NCBI RefSeq assembly: GCF_006345805.1
Contig: NW_021832856.1
Coordinates: 1-64,000, forward strand
Reading direction: 5' to 3'
From: Octopus sinensis
Taxonomy: Eukaryota
Length of the DNA stretch: 64,000 nt
The translations under genes and the position numbers were made by a program. Positions 48,630 through 62,133 of the stretch are shown in pieces (position 1 is the stretch's first letter; each line of letters begins with the position of its first letter). Below the pieces are notes generated by a model. The model searched no databases. It had not been told where the DNA came from and was given only the letters and a program-made list of their open reading frames with translations.

Positions 48630-48966
48630 ATGGGTTGTGCAAAAAGGCATCGGTATGCAACCAGCGAACAGCCACACGTAGATATTATCATCACTCCGGC
48701 TTCCTTCATCTAGAGAAAGTTGGCAAAAGCTGTTCTTATTGTAGTGCCAAAGATTTAAAGGCTGAAAGGAGAAGGGAGAAAAATAAGGACAGAAGGCAGG
48801 GAGAGGGGGAGAATATAAACGACGTAGGAAGGAAGAACAGAGGCAGAGAAGAAATGAAATGCAGAGAGAGGGAGAAAGGTTTGTATGACATTGGAGTGGA
48901 TGAAGGAGGAAGGGGAGGAGGTAACATTAAGGTGAACGTGGTGAAAGGAAACGCCACTGGTGCAGG
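48630..48966 (+). CDS. Low-confidence exon candidate
   Basis: Acceptor tttataattttgcag|, one frame open throughout (GLCKKASVCNQRTATRRYYHHSGFLHLEKVGKSCSYCSAKD...) and donor GG|gtaagt. The second half is purine-rich low complexity, which inflates ORF length. Confidence 0.25.
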
Positions 48967-49301
48967 GTAAGTCACTATTTCCGGCGATAAATCAATTGGG
49001 AGCTGAATCACGGGAGCTGAATATACAGAGACAGGAAAAGGTGAGCAAGCCATATTTGACGCCGTAGACCTAGTCCTGGCTGAACAATTCGGAGTTTAAG
49101 TTCAAATTCATTTGAGTACAACTACATGTTTTCTACTGTGAGCATATCTGGCTCCCACCTACTGTCTGCGTATGCATGCATTATATATATATTCACACAC
49201 ATAATACTACACACACACATACACACACACACAACCGAGGCAAGCATATACTTTGCATCAACAGATATACTTGCCGTGTTTGAGAAATATATAGCCCGTT
49301 A

Positions 49302-49348
<47 letters not shown>

Positions 49349-49719
49349 ATATATATACACATACATATAAAAAATGTACGAACGCATTCAATACACAGGT
49401 AACATATAAAATTCGATATATTCCAGTGAGTAGTATATATTAGGTAAGTAGTTTTTCTTCTTACACGTAATTCGTTATAAAGATCGATATATCGATAAGT
49501 AATATTTAGAATTATCAAAGGTGTAAACTTATTTAATTGAACTCCAGGTGAACATATTTCAGGTGTTTTAATATGCCATATAAAAACACAGATATATTGA
49601 TATAAAAGCGAGGTGCCGATAATATCGCTGTAGATCAGCTGTCATATTCAGCCTATGCTTCATGTTATGCATGTATGTATGTATCTATCTGTCTGTCTGT
49701 ATGTCTGCCTGTCTACGTC

Positions 49720-49722
49720 TTT

Positions 49723-49757
<35 letters not shown>

Positions 49758-49869
49758 CATACATTATATATATACATACATACATTATATATATATACAT
49801 ACATTATATATATATATCATACATTATATATATATACATACATTATATATATATATACATACATTATAT

Positions 49870-49901
<32 letters not shown>

Positions 49902-49910
49902 CTTATATAT

Positions 49911-49944
<34 letters not shown>

Positions 49945-50674
49945 CATTATATATATATATATACATTATATATATATATACATTATATATATATATATAC
50001 ATTATATATATATATATATTACATTACATTATATTATATATATACATACATTATATATATATATACATACATTATATATATATATACATTATATATATAT
50101 ATATACATTATATATATATATACATTATATATATATATATCCATTATATATATATATAATACATTATTATATATATTATATATATATATACATAGATATT
50201 ATCATACATTATATATACATTATATATATATACAATACATTATATATAACAACATTATATTATACATACATTATATAATACATACATTATATATATACAT
50301 ACTTATATAATATACATACATTATATATATATACATACATATATATATATATAATATACATTATATATATATAATATTATACATTATATATATATATATA
50401 TACACATTATATATATATATATATACATTATATATATATATATACATTATATATATATATATACATTATATATATATATAACATTATATATATATATTAT
50501 ATATATATATATACTATATATATATAATACATTATATATATATATACATTATATATATAGATATATATATATAACATTATATATATATATATACATAGAT
50601 ATATATATATATATACATTATATATATATATATACATTATATAATATATACATACATTATATATATATATACAT

Positions 50675-50712
<38 letters not shown>

Positions 50713-51230
50713 CTTATATATACATACATTTATATATATATATATATATACATTATATATATACATACATTATATATATATATATACATTATATATATAT
50801 ATACATTATATATATATATACATTATATATATATATATACATTATATATATATACATACATTATATATATATATACATTATATATATATATATACATTAT
50901 ATATATATACATACATTATATATATACACATACATTATATATACATTATATATTATATACTACATTATATATATATATACATACATTATATATATATATA
51001 CATTATATATATACATACATTATATATATACATACATTATATATAACATACATTATATATATACATACATTATATATATATACATACATTATATATATAC
51101 ATACATTATAATATATATACATACATTATATATATATAATATACATTATATATATATATATATACATTATATATATATATATATACATTATATATATATA
51201 TATATACATTATATATATATATATATACAT

Positions 51231-51266
<36 letters not shown>

Positions 51267-51764
51267 CATTATATATATATATATACATTATATATATATA
51301 TTATACATTATATATATATATATACATTATATATATATATACATTATATATATATATATATATTATATATATATATATATATACATTATATATATATACA
51401 TTATATATATATATACATTATATATATATATTATATATATATAATACATATATATATATATATACATTATATATATAATATATACATTATATATATATTA
51501 TACATTATATATATATATACATACATTATATATATATATACATTATATATATATATATATATTATATATATATAATATACATTATATATATACATACATT
51601 ATATATATATATACTTATATATACATACATTATATATATATATATATACATTATCGTATATATATATATATATATATACATTATCTATATATTATATATA
51701 TTACTTATATATATATATATACATTATCTATATATATATATTATCTATATATATATACATTATC

Positions 51765-51802
<38 letters not shown>

Positions 51803-51990
51803 AATTATATATATATACATTATCTATATATATATATATATATCATTATATATATATATATACATTATCTATATATATATACATTATCTAATATATATAT
51901 ACATTATCTATATATATTATTATATATATATATATACATTATATATATATACATTATATATATATATATATATATATACTATATATATAT
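49720..51990. repeat. About 2.3-kb (TA)n array punctuated by CATTA
   Basis: Direct reading; unit approximately (ta)n-catta. Confidence 0.95.
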
Positions 51991-52379
51991 GTGTGTATAT
52001 ATATGCATATGTATATATGTACATATTGTGTGAACATTGTTTATTTTTTGGTAAGTGTCTATCATGGGTACAAATATTTATGGTAGTATAAAGAAATGTC
52101 AAATATATAACTGTTTCAAATTTTGCCACGTAGCCAGCAATATTTAGATCTGTCTTTTCAGTAAATTGTTTTTTGTGATCAATTTGTTTGCATGATTTTT
52201 TTAATGTTCTGTGCATGGTAGTGTTCTACTTGTGTGCTGAGGTAATTCGTCCCTGGGGCATATCTCTTATTTATGTGAAGTTTGTATGCTATGTGTGTTC
52301 ACGTTTAGGAAAGGATCTATCCTGGTGGGATTACCCTCGCGAATAGGGTTTCTTTGAAATATTTGAGCGTAAAATGTTG

Positions 52380-53075
52380 CTTGTGTATGCAGTGAGAGAA
52401 AGTTTCATTCCTAGTCTTTCCTAGTGTGTCAGATATTATCTGATGATTGTATAATGTTTAATTTTTCAGTAATACAGGGTTCACATTTGGTACCCTGTCC
52501 TCTGTATTTTTTGGTTTTAGCAATAACTTTCAGCTCTATCTGGGGGTTGCCTATTCCAACTTATTTCAATATCCATATCATATTTGAGAGGGATCTTGCA
52601 TGCTTTTTGGCTTTTGTTTCTGAATGATGCCAGATGTGTATACCTTTCTTTGAGCGAGTGGCCCGTCATTCCGATATACGTCTTTGGTATTTAGTTGAGG
52701 TCCGTGATCTTATATACGAGCTCTTCCTCGAGACAGTTGCTGTTTAAAGAGCAGCCGTTTGGGTATTTACAGTTACATTGTCATTTGAGAGTGTTTCTGG
52801 TATGTCTATGTTTATTGTGGTTTAGTATTATTGACCCTACATTGGGGAAGCAACTATAGCTAAGTTTATTGTTTAGGAATTTCCTAGCTATGTTAGTAGC
52901 TATATTCATGCTATAAGGTGGGCTGAACCATAAGATTTTCCTCTGTCTGCATCGTCTTCGTCCATTTATATTTGGTTCAATATAGTGTATGTTATTCTTG
53001 AAGTTGGACTTTTCTAATGCAGCGTTATAACATGAGGCGACTTTTCAAAAGTGTCTTTGTTGGCGGATAAATTGG
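52380..53075 (-). mobile_element. Penelope-like element remnant (RT thumb plus GIY-YIG)
   Basis: RRVTNLSANKDTFEKVASCYNAAL...RKILWFSPPYSMNIATNIARKFL...SYSCFPN...CNCK...CL..ELVY-11aa-YIGMTGHSLKERY...KCEPCITEK. Confidence 0.9.
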
Positions 53076-53114
53076 TGACGCGCCACCCTCCACCCACAGC
53101 TTCCTGTCACCAAC

Positions 53115-54455
53115 AGTTTCCTGTCATCAACACATAGTAATCAAGAACTTGGTAAAAGGCGTCATTAAAAGGATTTGGGGCCTTTGCTCTTGCGAAGAAG
53201 CCTTCGACGCAGCAGCCCCGTACTATAATAAAGCCTTAGCTGCCAGCAGGTTCAGGGACCGCATCTTCAACATGCCAGAAGCCAACAGCCGCAGAAGGAA
53301 TCACCGCAGAAATAGAATCTGACTTGCCCCCCACACCGACTCCCTTAACACAATAACACCCGAAGTTAAACTATTCCATAAATTCATAGATAAGCATTTC
53401 ATCAACTCCTATAGGTACGAGCCCATATTCAACAGGCACAACGTTAGGGTCGCGTTTATCTGAACCCCCAACATTAAAAGCATCCTAGTTAGTGCCCCTA
53501 AGACACAGGAAGAGGCAAGTTGTTCATGCAGGAGCCGAAGCAGTAGCCCGGTAGGAGGCCGCTGCGAAACCAAAGCGGTCGTCTATGAAGTCGAGGTTCT
53601 AGAAGGATATACCATTAATACCGGCAGAGGCAATAACGGCCGTAGGCATGAGAACACAGCCACCATCGCCAACACCGCCACATTTGATGGCAACATCACT
53701 AACAACAACAGCAGCGGAATCACCTCCAACACCAGCAGCAGCCCCATCTCCTTCAGCGACAACGGCAGCAGCAACAGTAGCACCAACACCGCCAGCAACA
53801 GCAGCACTTACAAAAGCAACAGGTGCACCGACATCACGCGCCTACGTAACTATGTGGGATACACTGGGAATTCTCTCAAACAGCATCTTTCCAATCATTC
53901 ATCCTCCTTCAGTGTCTCGGAAAGAAGATACCTGACAGCGCTGGACAGCCATATCTGGCAAGTAAGAGACAAAGGGATACCATACTCGATTGCATGGAAA
54001 ATACTTGAGAACCCAGGGCCCTACATCAACGGGACGAAACGTTGCAAGTAATGCATTACCGAACGAAAGAGAATTCTAAAAGACTCGCTCGTGCAAGGGA
54101 GCATACTGAACTCAAGGATGAAGATTTTCGGGCCATGCTTGCATTTTAGAAGATACCTGTTGGTCTTTTGGAATCTGCAAGGCGACACTACAGCCGGAAG
54201 CCAATACCCAAGGCCGAAGGGAGATCATCATTTATCTTCGTTGTCCTTTGATGACCGTAAGACGGTGACCGAAAGGTGTCGGCGCAGCCGAAGCTCGATG
54301 GCCAATGGCAAAGGGTGATAATCACCTGGTGTTTACCTTTATAGCGAGGTATTTCCCCCTCCATAGTTTGACAGTGTTTGGGGTCTGAAGATATGCCATA
54401 AGGCTAATTTTTTATGAGCGAGAAACATAGGGTAACGTCATAAACCGGCCTCCCC
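53115..54455 (+). mobile_element. Second Penelope-like element remnant (RT thumb, GIY-YIG, terminal repeat)
   Basis: KRIWGLCSCEEAFDAAAPYYNKAL...CSCR...VVY-88aa-YVGYTGNSLKQHLSNHSSSF...LDSHIWQVRDKGIPYSIAWKIL...RCK*CITE...LNSR...C.H. Confidence 0.9.
54376..54445 (+). ncRNA. Decayed type-I hammerhead in the Penelope terminal repeat
   Basis: guuuggggu-CUGAAGA-[stem II partly mismatched: ..cauaagg...uuuuaug..]-GAAA-C-auagg-GUA-acgucauaaac. Confidence 0.5.
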
Positions 54456-54491
54456 CATTATAATATGTCTACGTATGTGTTCGTGTGAGTA

Positions 54492-54538
<47 letters not shown>

Positions 54539-54914
54539 TATATACACACACAAATACATCTATAATACACACACACACACACACACACAAACACACATAT
54601 ATATATATATATCTTTTATTGTTTACTATTTTCAGCCAGAGGCCGAGGCCATGCTGGGGCACTATCTTTCACTGTGATTGGGTTTCTTTTTTCTGTACAA
54701 TTTCTGGGAAATGGCGAGCTGGACGGAGTAGTTTGCCTTTGTACCTCCTGTGCAATGCGGCCTCATCTGGTATCTCAGATAAAAATTTTATATACTCATA
54801 CCTTCAAATGAATGTATAGACAGACGCGCAAATATTCTAGATAAACTGAACTATGTGCATAGGTAATTACATATATATGTACATGTACGAATACACACAC
54901 ACACACACACACAC

Positions 54915-54983
<69 letters not shown>

Positions 54984-55085
54984 TACGTATATATATATAT
55001 ATATATATACATATATACGTATATATATATATATACATATATACGTATGTATGTATATATATATTTATATACATATATACGTATG

Positions 55086-55124
<39 letters not shown>

Positions 55125-55160
55125 GTATGTATGTATATATATATTTATATACATAGTACG

Positions 55161-55201
<41 letters not shown>

Positions 55202-55220
55202 TAATATATATATACGTATG

Positions 55221-55262
<42 letters not shown>

Positions 55263-55268
55263 GATGTG

Positions 55269-55303
<35 letters not shown>

Positions 55304-55513
55304 CTACATTCATATAATGTGCGCGTACACAAATGAGTAGAAACACATACACAAATCTCTCTCTGTCTATCGATATATTTATACATAGATTCATACGTAC
55401 ATATATACATCATCAATGTATACCTACAGATATCGAAAGATAGATAGACATGGGGCAGGAGGATGGAATTGAATGCAGTTCAGTCTAGCAACTTCTCCTC
55501 AAACATCATCGAG

Positions 55514-55652
55514 ATAGATCTTGTCACTTTTAAGTTTTATACATTCCACTTATGTCCATAAATACAGTTTTGATCACGTCAATCTACAACACATCTCACT
55601 TACAGATATTACATTTCTATTAATTATGTACGTGTATGCATATGCATCTAGG

Positions 55653-55695
<43 letters not shown>

Positions 55696-55950
55696 CTGTG
55701 TGTGATTGTCTTTGTCACACTCAATATGTATATGAGTATATACCTATATAAATGTGTATATATGTGCAAATTGATATGTGTGTGTGCGTATAGATATGTG
55801 CATACATGTACGTATAGCACTAGATCTATCTTGTCACTTTCAAATCTTATATATATTCTACTTATGTCCATAAATACAGTTTAGATCACGTCAGCCTACA
55901 AAGATCTCACTCTGAGATAGTGCATTTCTATTAATTATGTATGTGTGTGT
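55514..55950 (+). repeat. Local direct duplication of about 125 bp (55514-55640 and 55825-55950)
   Basis: atcttgtcactt...cttatgtccataaatacagttt.gatcacgtca..ctacaa..atctcact..agat...catttctattaattatgta appears twice. Confidence 0.85.
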
Positions 55951-56041
55951 ATGGATGTTTATGTATAAGTATATTAATCTGCGTGTTGTATGCGTATATG
56001 AATGCGTGTGCATGTATATTATATGCATATATATATATATA

Positions 56042-56081
<40 letters not shown>

Positions 56082-56635
56082 ATGTATATATATTATGTAT
56101 ATATATGTATGTATATATATATGCATATATATATATACACATATATATATATATATATATATATATTATGTATATATATATATATGTTATATATGCATAT
56201 ATAAATGAGTATATATGTATGTGTATATATATATATGTATGTATATATATGCATATATAAGTGTATATATGTGTATGTGTATATATATATGTATGTATAT
56301 ATATATATATATATACCTAAGTAGATTCATATTCATTCATGCGTCTATGAATGAATATGTAGACGAATGCGTGTATTTGTAGGCATGAATGGATATAAGT
56401 ACATATTGGCGCACATACGCACACTCATACATGCACATATATAAACATATATATATATATATACATATGTATATATATATATATAATATATATATATAAT
56501 ATACATATACATATACATATATATATATACATATACATATGTATATATATATATATATATACATATACAATATGTATATATATATATATATATATACTAT
56601 ACATATGTATAATATATATATATATATACATATAC

Positions 56636-56681
<46 letters not shown>

Positions 56682-58074
56682 CATATGTATATATATATAT
56701 ATTCCTATGTGTTTATGCATATATACATACATAAAGTTGGGAAATATATTGACGTATGTATATTTATTTGTATGTTTGTATGTGTAAATAAATATATAAA
56801 AGTATATAACTATGTAGATGTATACCATATTATACATATGTACACACACGCGCACACACACATATATATTCATACATACATGCACAAATGCACACATATA
56901 CACATGTATATTGACAATTTTGTGTATGCATATATTCACACACTCATATGTACATGACTATACGTGTATAATATATACATATGTATATTATCGATGTCGT
57001 TTTCTTTCTGTGTGTAAGTGTGTATGTGTGTGTGTATGTGTGTGTTTATCTATTAATGTATTACCAATAATGTCGTGATGAGTGAGAGGCTAAGATGGGG
57101 AAGTGACGTAGTTTTATAATTGATTCTTTATAAATTTTCACTTATAATGGAGCGCCGGCGTAACGAGATTGTCTAGTCTCATCAGAATAACCCATTAGCA
57201 GACGGCTTGCTTAGTGTTCGGCCAGGGAATGGTGAAATATGTATTAATTATTGATTTTATCGATCTTTATTTTGCTTTCTTCTATCTTCGAGGCCTCCCC
57301 TTCGCCGTACAAACTCTCACAGACCCCTCTGTAGCTTCGTTTACCTGCAATTGTGTGGTTCAGTTTGGACTTTCGCGACGGCATGCAACATTATTTCTTT
57401 AGTTTGATCTTCAACACGACATATCCGTCTTTGGTCGGAGGTAGAAAATATAAATAGATTTTGAACTTATTTTTAACTATATACATACATAAATATGTGT
57501 GTGTGTGTGTGTGCTTGTGTGTGTGTGTGTGTATACGTGTGTTAGAATGCATGTACGTACGAAGAGCTATATATTTATTTCGATAGCTATAAGTTAGTTT
57601 TGTTTGTTTTTTTCGGGAGAACCGACGGCCAGAGACGTTTTACTCGTCACCATTCCGTCTTTTTCGTTTCTTTTAGATGAGGCTTGAGATCTCTAGAACT
57701 ACCATTATCCAATTTCCTAGTATCCCCTGAAGACCTGAGGGTTGTAATTCAAGGGATATCTGTCTGCTATTTCTTGTAGGGCAGGCAACCACCTAATCAC
57801 ATATATATGTACTAACACAGGTTTTCTTAAGTGCAAAGAAAACACGCAACGTAACATCCAAATATGAGACGGCGCATGGTGTATCCACCCTGGCTTTCTA
57901 CCTCTTTCAACAATTTGATGGGTTTTGGTTTTCATTCAGCAGGGTGTCCAATAAACACCCTCCTCACCAAGCAAGCTTGGTGGGGTTGCCGATTTAGTAG
58001 CCGACGACCCGACCATGTAAAAGGGTGTACTGGGTTACATGATACCAGTAGCACTCGAAAGTGACCTGACATAC

Positions 58075-58077
58075 AAT

Positions 58078-58111
<34 letters not shown>

Positions 58112-58761
58112 ATACACATATATATATACATATATATATATATGTGTATATATACATATATATATGTATATACGTATATATACATATACATATGTATATA
58201 CGTATATATACATATATATATGTATATACATATATATACATATATATATGTATATACATATATATACATATATATATGTATATACATATATATATACATA
58301 TATTATATACATATATATATAATATATATGTATATACATATATATCTACATATATATATATATATATACATATATATATACATATACATATGTATATACA
58401 TATATATACATATACATATGTATATACATATATATACATATATTATGTATATACATATATATACATATATATATGTATATACATATATATACATATATAT
58501 TATATACATATATACATATATATATGTATATACATATATATACATATATATATGTATATACATATATATACATATATATATGTATCTACATAATATATAT
58601 ATGTATACATATATATACATATATATGTATATACATATATATATATACATATATATATGTATATACATATATATACATATACATATATATATATCTATAT
58701 ATATATACTATATATATGTATATACATATATATACATATATATACATATACATATATATAC

Positions 58762-58793
<32 letters not shown>

Positions 58794-58840
58794 ACATATA
58801 TATATATATATACATATATATACTATATATATATATATAC

Positions 58841-58871
<31 letters not shown>

Positions 58872-59901
58872 CATAAAATATTATTCGAGACAAAACCACT
58901 ATTTTGCAAAACAAACAAGGAAAGACTTAATCAATACATAAAATTTTAATAAATAGTCAAAAAAACCGCCACTACAATCGTTTCTTGTCTTGATCGACAA
59001 TCTTCAGGTGGACTTCCAATAATTCAGTGTCAAATTATACATATACATATATATACATATATATATGTATATATATATATATACATATATATACAATATA
59101 TATGTATATACATATATATACATATATATATGTATATACATATATAACATTATATATGTATATACATATATATACATATATAATATTATACATATATATA
59201 CATATATATATGTATTACATATATATACATATATATATGTATATACATAATATACATATATATATGTATATACATATATATACATATATATACATATATA
59301 TATGATATACATATATATACATATATATATGTATATACATATATATACATATATATACATATATATATGTATACATATATATACATATATATACATATAT
59401 ATATATATACATATATATACATATATACGTATATTATATATATATACATATATATACGTATATATATGTATATAATATATATATATATAATATGTATATA
59501 CATATATAACATATATATATATACATATATATATGTATATACATATATATACATATATATACATATACATATATATACATATATATATATATACATATAT
59601 ATACATATACATATATATACATATACATATATATATACATATATATATATACATTATATATATACATATATACATATACATATATACATATATATATACA
59701 TATATATATATACATATATATATACATATATATATACATATATATATATATACATACATATATATATACATATTATATATACATACATATATATATACAT
59801 ATATATTACTATATATATATATATATACATATATATATTACATATATATATATACATATATATACATATATATATACATAATATATATATAATATACATA
59901 C

Positions 59902-59932
<31 letters not shown>

Positions 59933-60078
59933 CATACATATATATACACATATATATACACTATATATATATATATATATACATATATATAATACATACA
60001 TATATATATATACATACATATATATATATACATACATATATATATATATATCATACATATATACATACATATATGTAC
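58075..60078. repeat. Two (TA)n/(TACA)n arrays separated by a 165-bp unique island (58872-59036)
   Basis: Direct reading. Confidence 0.95.
58969..59011 (-). ncRNA. Intact-looking minimal type-I hammerhead ribozyme
   Basis: Minus strand CCAC-CUGAAGA-UUGUC-gaucaa-GACAA-GAAA-C-gauu-G-UA-GUGG: canonical core, 4-bp stem I, 5-bp stem II, 2-bp stem III with near-palindromic loop. Predicted cleavage is after position 58973. Confidence 0.8.
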
Positions 60079-60084
60079 ATACAT

Positions 60085-60790
60085 ATTGCTAATCTGGCGA
60101 TAAACTGCAGACGGCTAGCTGGATGGATTATCCGAACTTCCAGAACAAGAGATAAGGAGACACTGATGGCCCTCTGGAAACTTTCGTCCTCAGCCGCTTG
60201 GACTACTGCTCTCAACTATGGTCGCCACACAATATAAAACTAACAGCAGAACTCGAAGCAATTCAAAGAAGCTACACAAAGAAGATCGTCTCAATGCAAC
60301 ATATCATGTACTGGGAAAGACTGAAAGTATTAAACCTCTTCTCCCTAGAGCGAAGGCGGGAGAGATATGCGGTGATATACATCTGGAAAATCTTGGAGGG
60401 TCTTGTCCCAAACTTTGGCATTCAAAGTTACTCCAACTGCAGAACTGGGCGCCACTGCGTGGTGCCAAAGATTCCAACATCACCATCAAAATACAGGACC
60501 AGTTACTGCAACAGCTTAGGTTTCACAGAACCACAGCTCTTTAACATCCTCCCTAAATGCCTGAGAGACTTGCATGGTGTGGTTGTGGGTTTCTTTAAAA
60601 CTAAACTGGATTTCTTCTTGTCGGGGGTTCCAGATGAACCTACCTCACGACAGGAGACACTGATGCGGGCAGCGGCATCAAACTCCCTTGTTGACCAAGT
60701 GCCACGTATCAAAGGTGGGTTCACATATTAGTGTAGTTCATTCAGCGGTGGTACCCCAGCATGGCCGCGGCCTTCGGTCTAATACGTTTT
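60085..60790 (+). mobile_element. CR1-group LINE 3' fragment with stop and 3' UTR
   Basis: [27 protein letters not shown]...LERRRERYAVIYIWKILEGLVPNFG...FNILPKCLRDL...VPDEPT...NSLVDQV; tail ggtggtaccccagcatggccgcgg. Confidence 0.92.
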
Positions 60791-60807
60791 AAGACTTTAA
60801 GGATTTA

Positions 60808-60843
<36 letters not shown>

Positions 60844-61022
60844 CATATACATATATAAATATACATACATATACATATATAAATATACATACATATATAT
60901 ATATATGAATATATAGAAATTCGGGGTGAGTACTTGATAATTGTAAGCACCTGTATATACCGTTTGGTGGTGTAGGTGGAGGAGTAAATTGATCAAAATA
61001 AAAACATGATGCCAAGGATTCA

Positions 61023-61100
61023 GCGGTACATATGTTTCGGGCCTTTATTAGACAGATTTATAACAATGCATAATGTATGTCTGTGGCCTTCTTCAGCCGC
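61023..61100 (-). ncRNA. Type-I hammerhead ribozyme with long stem II, in a Penelope-terminus-like unit (60912-61330)
   Basis: Minus strand GCGG-CUGAAGA-A-GGCC-acaga...ucugu...-GGCC-C-GAAA-C-auau-G-UA-CCGC; palindromic ACAUAUGU. Predicted cleavage is after 61027. Confidence 0.75.
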
Positions 61101-61329
61101 ACACAACAACTTCCACAAGGACATGTGTTACATCAAAAATTCTTGGTTGGGGATGCAAATCCTCTCATTCGCGTACCACATAATGCGGCGGCAGCAGCAT
61201 AGATTGAAGCGTCCATCTCGTTCTTCTCTCAATGTAGAACGAGGGAATTTATGTTGAAGTAATGTAAATAAATTAACAAATAATACATATATAGACGTGA
61301 AGGGACCTGGTGATAAGAGTAAATAGGGG

Positions 61330-61354
61330 TTATATATATATATACATATATAAT

Positions 61355-61386
<32 letters not shown>

Positions 61387-61422
61387 ACATATATAATAAA
61401 TATATATATATACATATATATA

Positions 61423-61461
<39 letters not shown>

Positions 61462-61799
61462 CATATATATAATATATATATTATATACATATATATAATA
61501 TATATATATATACATATATATAATATATATATATATATACATATATATAATATATATATATATATACATATATATAATATATATATATATACATATATAT
61601 AATATATATAATATATACATATAATAATATATATATATATATACATATATATAATATATATATATATATACATATATATAATATATATATATATATTCTA
61701 ATATATAATATATATATTATAATTATAATATATATATATAGATATATATATATATATATCCATATATATAATATATATGATATATATACATATATATAA

Positions 61800-61833
<34 letters not shown>

Positions 61834-62102
61834 AATATAATTACTATATATAATATATATATATATACATATATATAATATATATATAATATACATATAT
61901 AATATATAATATATACATATATATAATATAATATATACACATATATATATATAATATATAATATATATATATATACATATATATCAATATATATATATAT
62001 ACATATTATATATATATATATATATACATATATATAATATATATATATATATACATATATAATATCATATATATACATATATATAATATATATATAATAT
62101 AC

Positions 62103-62133
<31 letters not shown>

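Noticed and set aside
54243-54285. Second hammerhead-like string (uugauga-ccgu/acgg-ugacc-gaaa-ggu-guc)
   Set aside because: Extra bases lie between stem II and GAAA and stem III is mismatched; it cannot be folded into the canonical core.
57720-58070. Possible LINE 5' UTR or exon
   Set aside because: Looks like a dispersed repeat but there is no diagnostic motif or second copy in the window.
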